From a virus (Duplodnaviria; Caudoviricetes), in IMG/VR virus record IMGVR_UViG_3300028832_000004, positions 1-64,000 of that record: a DNA stretch of 64,000 nucleotides; one strand, written 5' to 3'. Every line of letters starts with the position of its first letter. The first letter of the stretch is position 1. Both the position numbers and the translations under genes were made by a program. The notes beneath the pieces were generated by a model. The model made no database searches and was not told the origin of the DNA. It was given only the letters and a program-made list of their open reading frames with translations. Of this stretch, positions 9,777-18,826 are shown one piece after another.

Positions 9777-10178
9777 CTATGCGCCCTCCTTTTTAGATTC
9801 GGTTTCCTTTTTGAGAATTTCCTTGGGATTGACCAGCGATGCCTGATTCGTGATGGAGTTGAACAGCGCGTTAACCATAGTGCCGATGGACTGAACGCAC
9901 TCTGCGCAAGCACGGACATATTCCACCGAAAGTGTCTTGCATTGCTTGAATTCAATCACGCGCGGGAGCGCACGGCAATCATAATTCACGAAATTAAGGA
10001 TGAGGCGGCAATCGAGATGCTTGAAGTCGCCCTTAACGGTGCGGCAAATGCCCACGTTGAATGTGAAGTAGGCGCCAATCTTTTCAAGATTATGCTTGTC
10101 GCGATCGGGCACATACCCCATACTTTCGAGCGCCATGACAAAGTTGGCGATATCGCCACAGCTTGGTTTTTCAGCCAT
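9777..10178 (-). CDS. hypothetical protein
   Basis: AGGAG RBS; part of the putative early operon. Confidence 0.7.
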   Translation of the reverse strand: MAEKPSCGDIANFVMALESMGYVPDRDKHNLEKIGAYFTFNVGICRTVKGDFKHLDCRLILNFVNYDCRALPRVIEFKQCKTLSVEYVRACAECVQSIGTMVNALFNSITNQASLVNPKEILKKETESKKEGA

Positions 10179-10190
10179 AATAAAATCTCC

Positions 10191-10592
10191 TTATGCGGCG
10201 AAGCCGCGTGCCCAGTTAATTGCATCGTTGGCGCAGCGCTTGAGTTGGCCATTGACTTCAACTGTCCAGCAATACTTCGCCTTGCGATTGAAGCCAACCA
10301 GCTTGAGCACACGGCCGTTAAGCGCGTAAACGGAATGGCCGATGACAGTGTCGCTATTTTTAACCTCTTCCGGGGCGGCGGCGATATGACCAAGAATAAC
10401 CATACGGTCAAGTTCGCTCAATTCGGCGTATCCATTTTCTGCCTTTTCCTTGGCCTCGAACTTATAATCGAATGAGGTGTTTGAATAGGAAAGGGACTTC
10501 GGCACAAACACAAGGCCATGTTCTTCGCAATATTTTTTCATGATTGCGTTGAGGGCGTCGTGGTGCTGGCGGATTGTTTTTCTATCGAACAT
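10191..10592 (-). CDS. hypothetical protein
   Basis: AGGAGG RBS; start MFDRKTIRQ. Confidence 0.7.
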   Translation of the reverse strand: MFDRKTIRQHHDALNAIMKKYCEEHGLVFVPKSLSYSNTSFDYKFEAKEKAENGYAELSELDRMVILGHIAAAPEEVKNSDTVIGHSVYALNGRVLKLVGFNRKAKYCWTVEVNGQLKRCANDAINWARGFAA

Positions 10593-10593
10593 A

Positions 10594-10941
10594 TTATGCC
10601 TCCTTGTCCGAACGGGTTTTACGTTCAATGATGACGGTGCCTTTTTCACGGCAGTGCTCGACCAGCTGGCCGCAGTAGTGCGGGAGAATGGCGCGGAGTT
10701 TTACCATTGTGGTAGGATAAAGACGAGGGTAACTGGCTACCGTGGTGCAGAAGTTGGCGTGACGCGGCTGGAACCCTACATTGTTGTGGTTGATCGTTGT
10801 ACGCGTGGCCTTTTCTTCATCCGTTTGATAATTGGTGAGCGTTTGAAGTGCCCCGATAACCCACTTGTCGTCAGTGGCGATCTTTTTTTCGAAGAAAGCG
10901 ACCGCGCCCTTTTTGGTCTTAAAGCGATAAACAGTTGCCAT
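10594..10941 (-). CDS. hypothetical phage early protein
   Basis: First gene after a repeated promoter cassette; motif ALQTLTNYQTDEE..NNVGF. Confidence 0.7.
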   Translation of the reverse strand: MATVYRFKTKKGAVAFFEKKIATDDKWVIGALQTLTNYQTDEEKATRTTINHNNVGFQPRHANFCTTVASYPRLYPTTMVKLRAILPHYCGQLVEHCREKGTVIIERKTRSDKEA

Positions 10942-11045
10942 AATTTCTTTCCTTGATTGAGGCGCTACCTGCACCCTTATGTCTATAATATAGCTCCATT
11001 GTTTGAAAAAGACACCCCGTTTTGTGAAAATTTCTCGCTTTTTAA
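10942..11045 (-). promoter_or_regulatory. repeated promoter/stem-loop/RBS cassette, copy 1
   Basis: GTGTCT-N17-TATATT, then the GGTGC-AGGTA-GCGCC hairpin, then AATCAAGGAAAG. Confidence 0.8.
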
Positions 11046-11165
11046 GGGCTGGCGCGTTTTTGCGCAAAAGGGCGCATTTAAGGCAAAAAGAAAGGCGCCA
11101 GGGTATTTAGGCGCCTTATTATAAATATGCGGTTATATGCGCAATTATGCGCGCGCATTTGCCAT

Positions 11166-13661
11166 TTAAGCGAGGAGGGGTTCGTCATCCGCGGGCTTTT
11201 CAGGTTCCACATCAGCAGGCTGTTCCGTGGCTTCTTCAGCCACGGGTGCAGGCGCAGCAGGCGCTGGCGGCGGGACCACCGGAGAAACGGGGGCTGCCGG
11301 GCGCGGACCATACTTGCTCGGGCGATTCAGCAGGACAGAATCTTCAAGCGCTTCCCACTTCGCAATGACGCGGCGGGTAAGCTCCTGAGCCATATCCGGA
11401 TTCGCCTCGCACAGGTTGATGAGCTCTTCACGGGTATACTGCTTGCCGAAGCGTTCCTCGAACTTTGCCAGCAATTCCGGGCGCTGCGCGATCCAGCCCT
11501 TCGCCCAATCCATCGAAATGTTGGTATTGTCTTCTTTCTTCTTGCGATCGGCACGACATTCGGCGGTGCAGCCCATTTCGTTCATCCAGTCCTTCATCGC
11601 CTTCACGTCGAGGTCCTGCCCTTCTTCCCACTTAATTGCGTTGGCGCATGGCTTGAGCTTGCCGTCCTTTTCGCGGAGGTTGAAGAGGTAGTCAAGGTTG
11701 CTCCCGATATTGTCAATGCCGTAGTTGAAATACACGGTGTAGTAAACCGTGCGGTAAGGACGCGGCGTCTTGGACTTGAAGGTGGTGGCCTTGACATAGG
11801 CGCCGATAACAAGGCCGTCCTTTTCGATCTTACGGATGGTTTGCAGGAATAAGCGGGTGTGGCAATAGAATTCCAACGCCTTGCCGCAACTCACGTCCCA
11901 TTTCTGCCCATATCCCATGGAATCTATCTTATCGCGTATCTGCGAGATAATGATAAGCGAGGTGTGCGCATCTTCGAGCTTTTGATGCTTGGTGCGGAAG
12001 AACTGCTGACTGAGGAACTTCGGTCCCTGCATGCCGTAATCCCCTTTGTCCTTCACATCATATCCGGTCTTTAGCTGCCCAAGCCTTGCGCCTTCCATGG
12101 ACTCCTTGGCGGCATCGCTCAAACCATCAAGGGAGTCAATCGCATAGATGCCAACCGCTTCGTCCGGCAAGGTGTTCATGTGTTCAAGGAACAGCGATAC
12201 ATGCGCATCCATCTCTTCAAGGGTTGTGGAGTCATAGACGCGCTTTTTTCCAATAGGAAGTTTGCCTTCTGCGTCCACGGGGCGGAGGTCCACATTGTAA
12301 AGGGCGCCTGTATTGAAGGTATCGCCGCTTTCGCAGTCATCGGAGAACCACGCGAATTTCTTGGGGTCACCTTGGTGTTTATGGTATGCCGCCGCGAGAA
12401 TTTCATTCTTAATGAAGGTGTTATGTGTCGGAATGAAATTGTCCGTGATATACAGATGCTTGGGGTGATCGAGATATATGCACTGACATTCAATCTTTCC
12501 GAGATATTCAACGGACTGGAGCACACGGCGTTGCTTGGTATATACCTTTCGAGAAGAACGTTCCGCCCAATTTGCCATGTGCTTTTCGGACGAGAATGGA
12601 AGTATATCTCCGCCGACCATATAAATGCGATAATGGTCGGCGCAGTATTGACGCTTGCCTTCCCTCAGGTAGAACGGGGTATGCGGGGCGGATACCGTGG
12701 CACGCATTCCAAGACTGCGGGCGAGTTCCGCAACGTCAGCCGCCAAGGCCTTTGACGATGTCGAATATATGGCAGCTCCATTCTTGGAAATCCACCCATC
12801 CCCGTCAAAAAGGCCATGAAGAAGCGCAATGCGATCTTCCACGGAGGCACGCAAATAGATTTCAGGTATGTGTTTCTCCGTGCTTTTGCAATCAAGACCC
12901 AATTCGCAGATATATTCGGGAAGCCACGAGCGGCCCTGTTCATTTTTACCAAGAACCACGGAGTATTCCATGCCGCCATGCCCCTCTTTTTGATGGAGTT
13001 CCATTCCAATTTTTGCAGCATCTTTGGTGGCCTTTTCAATAATGTCCGGTTCCGGATTTGCAATAATCGGGGTGCGGGAAGTAAGCCCGCCTTCCGAAAG
13101 GAAAAGACCCATCAGGTAAGGCGGAATCTTTCCCTTGGATTTGGATTCGGCGTATTCAATAGGTTCAACCGGCGGCAATGCCATCACATCGGCGGACGCC
13201 GGGGCGCCATCCTTATAGAGTTCGGCGAGTTCCTTTGTGGTTACAAGGAAATGGCCGCGTGCACGCCCAAGCGCCGATTTATGTGCGGATGAGTATTGAT
13301 TCGGCGATTGCATAACCCAATAGTGGTTGTCCGCCGAATCCACGGCGGTCCCATCGTTGAAGTGGAAGCGGTATGTGTCACGCTTGCCTTGCGGGAATAC
13401 TGCAAGGACCTTTGCGGTCTCGCCACGGAACGGCGTGCACACTTCCGTGCCGACCTGCATGTCCCCCATGGTTTTCCATCCGGATGGAGTAAGCACTTTT
13501 GAATACAGCGGCTGCGCCTTTCCGCTAGATTTGTCCCCCGCAATACCTAATATTGCCCCGTAAGGCAAGCCCATCACGCCCTTGGCTCCGCCGACAAGCA
13601 GGTCAAGGAGATCGGAACCCATGCTCATGTATGGCGTGGGCTTTGCAATTTCTTTAGCCAT
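11166..13661 (-). CDS. recA: RecA/UvsX-like recombinase containing an intein
   Basis: GSDLLDLLVGG, GDKSSGK|T, AIDSL, IIISQIRDKI, GKALEFYCHTRL, YGID; AAGGA RBS before MAKEIAK. Confidence 0.9.
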   Translation of the reverse strand: MAKEIAKPTPYMSMGSDLLDLLVGGAKGVMGLPYGAILGIAGDKSSGKAQPLYSKVLTPSGWKTMGDMQVGTEVCTPFRGETAKVLAVFPQGKRDTYRFHFNDGTAVDSADNHYWVMQSPNQYSSAHKSALGRARGHFLVTTKELAELYKDGAPASADVMALPPVEPIEYAESKSKGKIPPYLMGLFLSEGGLTSRTPIIANPEPDIIEKATKDAAKIGMELHQKEGHGGMEYSVVLGKNEQGRSWLPEYICELGLDCKSTEKHIPEIYLRASVEDRIALLHGLFDGDGWISKNGAAIYSTSSKALAADVAELARSLGMRATVSAPHTPFYLREGKRQYCADHYRIYMVGGDILPFSSEKHMANWAERSSRKVYTKQRRVLQSVEYLGKIECQCIYLDHPKHLYITDNFIPTHNTFIKNEILAAAYHKHQGDPKKFAWFSDDCESGDTFNTGALYNVDLRPVDAEGKLPIGKKRVYDSTTLEEMDAHVSLFLEHMNTLPDEAVGIYAIDSLDGLSDAAKESMEGARLGQLKTGYDVKDKGDYGMQGPKFLSQQFFRTKHQKLEDAHTSLIIISQIRDKIDSMGYGQKWDVSCGKALEFYCHTRLFLQTIRKIEKDGLVIGAYVKATTFKSKTPRPYRTVYYTVYFNYGIDNIGSNLDYLFNLREKDGKLKPCANAIKWEEGQDLDVKAMKDWMNEMGCTAECRADRKKKEDNTNISMDWAKGWIAQRPELLAKFEERFGKQYTREELINLCEANPDMAQELTRRVIAKWEALEDSVLLNRPSKYGPRPAAPVSPVVPPPAPAAPAPVAEEATEQPADVEPEKPADDEPLLA
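12420..13517 (-). mobile_element. class 3 intein (366 aa) with a LAGLIDADG endonuclease
   Basis: Starts with Ala (AQPLYSKVLTP); HYW, CQCI, PTHN followed by T; YLMGLFLSEG and LLHGLFDGDG. Confidence 0.9.
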
Positions 13662-13720
13662 AAAAAAATTCCTTAGCTGAATTAGCGATTCATTCATTGT
13701 TTTTGTCCGGTTAAGAATAA

Positions 13721-13749
13721 GAAGGCCGCCCAATATACAGGCGGCCTTC
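13721..13749 (-). terminator. hairpin between ssb and recA with TATATT in the loop
   Basis: GAAGGCCGCC-N9-GGCGGCCTTC, a perfect 10-bp stem. Confidence 0.6.
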
Positions 13750-13773
13750 GGCCGTAGCCTTTACCGATATCAA

Positions 13774-14784
13774 TTAGAAAGTCGGTTCCGGATAGCCGGT
13801 TGCGGCGGGATCATAAGCGGGAGCGCCCGTCGGAGCAGCCGGTGCGGCAGTGCCCGGTGCGCCATAACCCGGAGCTTGACCAGCGGGTGCGCCGTAGTTC
13901 GGGGTAGCAGGAGCGCCCTGCTGAAACGCCCCCTGCCCGTAACCCTGCGCCGGAGCGGCTGCGCCATAATTCGGGGTAGCGGAAGCGGCCGGCGGATAGG
14001 CAGGGGCGGCCGGTGCGGCAGCGGTGGTGTCCGAGCCGTAAAGCGCTTCGGCGATTTCCTTGTCGGTCGGAATATGCAGGAACTTGTCGATGGCCGGAAT
14101 GGTTTCAAGGATGTTCTGTGCAATCGGGGCGCGGCGCGGGATGAAACCGAACTGGACGCAGTTGAGGAAATCAAAACCGCCACCACTCTTGTTTTCAACA
14201 CGGAAGGTCACAATTTTGCCGTTGATGGACGGGTCTGCATACGGAATAGGGCCGGGGAGGCCGAGGCGGCGTCCCTGCACTTCGGCGGAATCGATTAATT
14301 CCTTGCCAAACGTTGCGTAGCTCGTAATGAAAAGCTTCGGAGTCGGGTCGCCACCGATCGGATTGCCCTGCGCATCTACATGCTGAACCCAAAGTGCCAT
14401 GCGGTGGGATGCCTTGGCTTCGCCTGCGCCGGAGTTCTTGGATGCCTCGCAGAACGGGCAGCGCTGGCCATACATACGCTGAAGGCAAAGGGAATTGCCC
14501 TTGACAACGCCTTCAACACGGTGGGTCCACATTTCGGCGAAGATTTCGCCCTGGCCGATCTGTGCCGTACCGTTATGGACACCCATGTGCTTGTCGGTTT
14601 CAATGCCCCACGGAATGACGTTGAGGTAAACGTCCTGACCAATCATTTCCTTTTTAAGGTTGAAGAGCTTGACGCCGGCGGGGATATCAATGATGGTAGG
14701 ACCGGATGCGCCGAAGCTGTCCTTGGATGCGGCGGCATTTGCCTGTGCGGTGTTGAGGTTCATTGTTTGCGGATTGTAAGGCAT
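13774..14784 (-). CDS. single-stranded DNA-binding protein (gp32-like)
   Basis: WTH..CL..YGQRCPFCE zinc motif; Pro/Ala-rich tail ending PEPTF; lies between the uvsY-like gene and recA. Confidence 0.8.
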   Translation of the reverse strand: MPYNPQTMNLNTAQANAAASKDSFGASGPTIIDIPAGVKLFNLKKEMIGQDVYLNVIPWGIETDKHMGVHNGTAQIGQGEIFAEMWTHRVEGVVKGNSLCLQRMYGQRCPFCEASKNSGAGEAKASHRMALWVQHVDAQGNPIGGDPTPKLFITSYATFGKELIDSAEVQGRRLGLPGPIPYADPSINGKIVTFRVENKSGGGFDFLNCVQFGFIPRRAPIAQNILETIPAIDKFLHIPTDKEIAEALYGSDTTAAAPAAPAYPPAASATPNYGAAAPAQGYGQGAFQQGAPATPNYGAPAGQAPGYGAPGTAAPAAPTGAPAYDPAATGYPEPTF

Positions 14785-14835
14785 ATTGATTTTTCCTTTT
14801 TGTTGATGGGCATTGCCCGGTTTATGTTTAGGTGA

Positions 14836-15321
14836 TTATACTTTTTTGCGGATACTAAGACGCGCCTCGTCGGCGAGCGCATTGGTGAAGTTGCCGTTGA
14901 AGCCGCCGGAAACCTCGAGGCGGACAGCATCGTCAATCATGGACTTTTTGTGATCCATCGCCCATTTGGCGGTATCTAAAAGACCTGCCACTGCCTCGGC
15001 ATCAATAAGTTCGTTTTCTAAGGCAATAAGGTCCTTGTCAACCGCAAGGAGCGCCTTGATATGATTTTCGGTATATTTCTTACCCTTCTCGTCTGCTTTG
15101 TCACGCAAGGCGAGTTCTTTTTCGCCGGTCGCTTGTTTAAGGCGAAGTTTTGCTTGGGCTGCCTCGCGCTTTGCATTAATGGCAAGCTTTCCATAATATT
15201 GGAACCACGAGGATTGCTTGCGGATATCTTCCACAAGATTGAAGACCTTGAAATGGTCCGGATTGATATTGACCGGGCCTTCGGACATCTCCGGACGGTC
15301 TAAATTGAATTGCGTTGCCAT
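14836..15321 (-). CDS. recombination mediator (UvsY-like)
   Basis: Helical protein with KKYTENHIKA..AMDHKKSMID; adjacent to ssb and recA. Confidence 0.7.
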   Translation of the reverse strand: MATQFNLDRPEMSEGPVNINPDHFKVFNLVEDIRKQSSWFQYYGKLAINAKREAAQAKLRLKQATGEKELALRDKADEKGKKYTENHIKALLAVDKDLIALENELIDAEAVAGLLDTAKWAMDHKKSMIDDAVRLEVSGGFNGNFTNALADEARLSIRKKV

Positions 15322-15452
15322 AATAGATACCCTTTTGAAAATTAGCCGTAGCATTTTATGAGCGGGTAATCATATATACGGTTTTGCGAAACTATATGTT
15401 TATTGCGGTTTCATAGTCATGCTTGACGGCAGCTGCTCGGCTATACATTCCA

Positions 15453-16016
15453 TCACTTATACAAAATGCGGAAATTTTTAAAGCAGAACTCGTTGCGATA
15501 GGTGGCGGATTCCAACTGCATGCGGATGTATCTCAGGCTCAAGGGGTCTGCATAAGTAAGTAATGCGGAGCTAGTTTTAGAGGCGAGATATAAGTCAGTA
15601 TATGTAACGGTTACTCTAATACTGTAACTATCTACAACCTCATACTTATAGTGTTTTGGTGCGGACACGCGCGCCGCGCTATTAATTCGTATTGACTTGC
15701 AGTATTCTGTAGGCTTTCCCGCCGCCTGATTTTGGTAATATGCATTGTTAAGTTCGGAATACGCCGGGAAAGAAATGCTATCATATCCAGTTGTGCTAAA
15801 TTTCGCAATCAAAGGCAAATAACTTATCGTGTCAAAATTATAATGGGCTCTAACAGGAGCCGCATCCCAAATTCCATAATCACACGCATTTACGTAATCG
15901 CTTACGTAAATGTCAAACTCCACTTCCTTAACTGGTCCGTCAAACCAATACAGCGCCTGGGATAAACCGGTATCGAAATATTCGTAGGTTACGCCGTTTT
16001 TAGTTGTTTTCTGCAA
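15453..16016 (-). CDS. tail-fibre-associated beta-rich domain (in frame with the upstream gene)
   Basis: Tyr/Ser/Thr-rich; TTG start with no clear RBS; separated from 16029..16823 by a single TAA. Confidence 0.55.
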   Translation of the reverse strand: MQKTTKNGVTYEYFDTGLSQALYWFDGPVKEVEFDIYVSDYVNACDYGIWDAAPVRAHYNFDTISYLPLIAKFSTTGYDSISFPAYSELNNAYYQNQAAGKPTEYCKSIRINSAARVSAPKHYKYEVVDSYSIRVTVTYTDLYLASKTSSALLTYADPLSLRYIRMQLESATYRNEFCFKNFRILYK

Positions 16017-16028
16017 ATGCGCGGCGGT

Positions 16029-16823
16029 TTAGGGCGCCACGACGCTAGACAGGAACTCAAAGAAAACCTCTTTAGGTTGCGTAGGAGAATACACGGCAGT
16101 AGGCACAGTGAATGATTGGCGGTTATTGGAGTAGTCACCTTTCCTAATTGATAAGAAATTATTCCCAATATAAACGGGATATGCTTCTTGAGTAAACACA
16201 CCTGTGAACGATTTTGGCATACTCGCTAGCGAACTATAGGTAGCTATCGCATTAAGCACGCCGTGAGCAAAAACATACGCCTTCAACTCGTCATAATCAA
16301 TAACCACCGCAAAATGGCATCCTTTGGGGTCAGTGAACACGGACCGAGTGCTCTGAATATATACATAAGAACCCGCTGAAGCATGTAGCGTTGCTCCATT
16401 GTATAACTGATAAGAAGCGCCACTAGGACAGTATACCTGTAATCGGTAGATGTTTGGAGAAATTTCATATTCTACATTATACGTCACAAACCCTGCTTCG
16501 GTGATGGAATCATTATTGTAGTATCGCATACCGCCACTACATAAGTAAGCTTCCAAAGTAAGAACGGGATTATTCCCAGCTTTCACTGCTTGTAGTGTCC
16601 TAACAGTTCGTCGGACATCCGGGTCGTAGTTATTAATCCAATAGCAATAATGTCCGGATATATTATTAGATGTAGAACGAACAAAGCCTTCCGTTATACT
16701 GCAATCCGGGCCCACCTCGCTAATGAGGCGAGTCCCATCTCCCGACAAGGTGCCCATATTATTCAACAAAAGGAAAACAGGGTGCTCGCGGCGGAGAGAA
16801 TTGATGCCATGTGTAAGTATCAT
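16029..16823 (-). CDS. LamG/concanavalin A-like receptor-binding protein
   Basis: CHFAVV..AYVFAHGVL..YIG..IRKG..FTVPTAVY pattern. Confidence 0.65.
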   Translation of the reverse strand: MILTHGINSLRREHPVFLLLNNMGTLSGDGTRLISEVGPDCSITEGFVRSTSNNISGHYCYWINNYDPDVRRTVRTLQAVKAGNNPVLTLEAYLCSGGMRYYNNDSITEAGFVTYNVEYEISPNIYRLQVYCPSGASYQLYNGATLHASAGSYVYIQSTRSVFTDPKGCHFAVVIDYDELKAYVFAHGVLNAIATYSSLASMPKSFTGVFTQEAYPVYIGNNFLSIRKGDYSNNRQSFTVPTAVYSPTQPKEVFFEFLSSVVAP

Positions 16824-18763
16824 CGTTCGTCACTCCCGCGGTCTTCCTGCAATATATCTTCTCCATCATCCCCTTCTGATGACGAGCCTTCCGACAAGTC
16901 ACTTATTTTACGGGTATCCAGAGTATCAATGCTGCGCTGTGCATTCGGGTTTGTGAACTCCGCCAGTGTCCAGCAGTTTCCGACGCACGTTAACTGATAG
17001 TACTTGCCACTTTCAAGAGATGTGCCGCCCGCCTCCGACGGGTATAGTGTGGTTGCAACGTTGTTTACTGTCTTTGTCAACGTGAGAGTTATTGCGGCAC
17101 TCGCGCTGATTTCAACCGCAAAGTTCGGCACTTCGGTTCCTTCACAATTTACGTTAAGAGTAAGTGCCGCTTGGGAGCTGGTGAGTTGCTGAGTTGCGTT
17201 GTTGGTAACATCGATGGTCGCTGCATCCGTGAGCGCTCCTGCATCATACAAGAGCGTCTGCATTTGCCCTTGGGAATTAAATCCAAGTCCGCGGCCAAGC
17301 TTTGCCGAAATCACATCGTTTGTAAGGTCTATGCCATTTCCGGCAGTATAGGTGGTGCCGCCGCCACCTCCGCCTCCAACCACGCTCAACGGATGTGCGC
17401 TCGTGCCATCACCCGTCAACGTAGTGTCAGTAGCCACCGACTGCAATGCGTGGGAAGCTATATCTGTTATTAATTCAATTAAAGTCTTCTTTTCCCATTT
17501 GGACCTATCGAAATTGGCCGGCGGGGCATATAGGGTTTTCAAACGATACAGACCCTCGCTTGTGATACAATAATCGCCTACTGCATATTGCTTGGTTCTA
17601 TCATAGGGGTCCGCAATGGCAAGAAATTCTGTGCCGATTCTAAGGGAAAGGCCGAACAGGTCACTTTCGTCCTTATATACGCTAATATCGATACTGCTAA
17701 GTCCGGCATCCGCCGAGGTGTTCGATGTATAAACACTCATCATCGGAGTCTGTATCGGATAATTGACCCCGGCAAAGGTTGTCCCGGCAAATCGTATAAG
17801 GGTCTTCACGCCAGGGGTCATTCCGCTGGACGTATCAAAACCCAAAAACATCATATTGCTTATGCGAGGCAATCCCTGCGATACTGTCGTCATCGGAAGA
17901 AGCATGTACGCCTTGGAATTGGCCGCAGTGGCATTATCAAGCTGTAGAATCGCGGTAGTGCTCATGCCGGGCATAATGTTCATGACGGCAGCCCCGCTCC
18001 CCGAATCAATCCCAGTGATTTGGAAAGAATTGCGAAGCTTTATGCTCCACACGCTTTGGCTATTGAGCAATGCCTCCACGAATATGGTAAGCGGCGGCAT
18101 GGTCCCCCCGGCACTGTGGGCAATGGAGCACCCAAAATGAATGCCGTCGGAATCTATGCCGGTAAATGGCATGGTGGTTCCCCTAGTCAATGGCGCATAC
18201 GTTCCGGACCCTGCATACGGAATCGGCGTATCATACTTGAGCACACAAACCAACGGCATCTCTTTACTTTTTGCGCCCGTTGTATCCGTGCCGCCGTCAA
18301 GCATTGCCATTACATCTGCATACGATGTTACGCCATAAACCGCGTAGGCAGTGTCTACTGCCTGCTCACCGGTCGTCCATTGACTTGCGGATGAACATTC
18401 CGCCCAATAATATTTGCCGTTACATACGGCGCTAAAACGGAAGGCGCCCTGCGGGTCGAACTTTTCAGGATATAAATAGCGATACGCGGAATTTTCCGTT
18501 CCTTCAATAACAGGAAGGACCCCGCCCGCACAATCCGCGTTGCCATAGGCATAGCGTACAATGGTTGAATATGCGGTCCCTACCGAAATCTTGACCACCT
18601 TTGAATGGGGAACCAATTTCCCCGCCGCATTCTTGACATAGAGAAGATTATCATCAATGCACCAGCCGCCTTCATTTACGGCGAGATTCGCCTTGAGATA
18701 GGCGAAGGTGCCGCGATGTTCCAGCTGTTTTCCAGGGATATGAGATGTTTGATTTCCGGGCAT
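16820..18763 (-). CDS. tail fibre / adhesin
   Basis: CBM-like YDRTKQYAVGDYC..LYR..W; TLTGDGT..PL; GGGGGGGTTYTAGNGIDL. Confidence 0.7.
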   Translation of the reverse strand: MPGNQTSHIPGKQLEHRGTFAYLKANLAVNEGGWCIDDNLLYVKNAAGKLVPHSKVVKISVGTAYSTIVRYAYGNADCAGGVLPVIEGTENSAYRYLYPEKFDPQGAFRFSAVCNGKYYWAECSSASQWTTGEQAVDTAYAVYGVTSYADVMAMLDGGTDTTGAKSKEMPLVCVLKYDTPIPYAGSGTYAPLTRGTTMPFTGIDSDGIHFGCSIAHSAGGTMPPLTIFVEALLNSQSVWSIKLRNSFQITGIDSGSGAAVMNIMPGMSTTAILQLDNATAANSKAYMLLPMTTVSQGLPRISNMMFLGFDTSSGMTPGVKTLIRFAGTTFAGVNYPIQTPMMSVYTSNTSADAGLSSIDISVYKDESDLFGLSLRIGTEFLAIADPYDRTKQYAVGDYCITSEGLYRLKTLYAPPANFDRSKWEKKTLIELITDIASHALQSVATDTTLTGDGTSAHPLSVVGGGGGGGTTYTAGNGIDLTNDVISAKLGRGLGFNSQGQMQTLLYDAGALTDAATIDVTNNATQQLTSSQAALTLNVNCEGTEVPNFAVEISASAAITLTLTKTVNNVATTLYPSEAGGTSLESGKYYQLTCVGNCWTLAEFTNPNAQRSIDTLDTRKISDLSEGSSSEGDDGEDILQEDRGSDER

Positions 18764-18826
18764 AATACATCCTAACTATTGATTTATATCAACAAAAATA
18801 CATTATATCTATGGGAAAGACCCCGA

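Noticed and set aside
16020-16040. CCC-TAA +1 frameshift in the LamG gene
   Set aside because: The +1 frame closes at 15989 after about 13 codons; the long continuation is in frame 0
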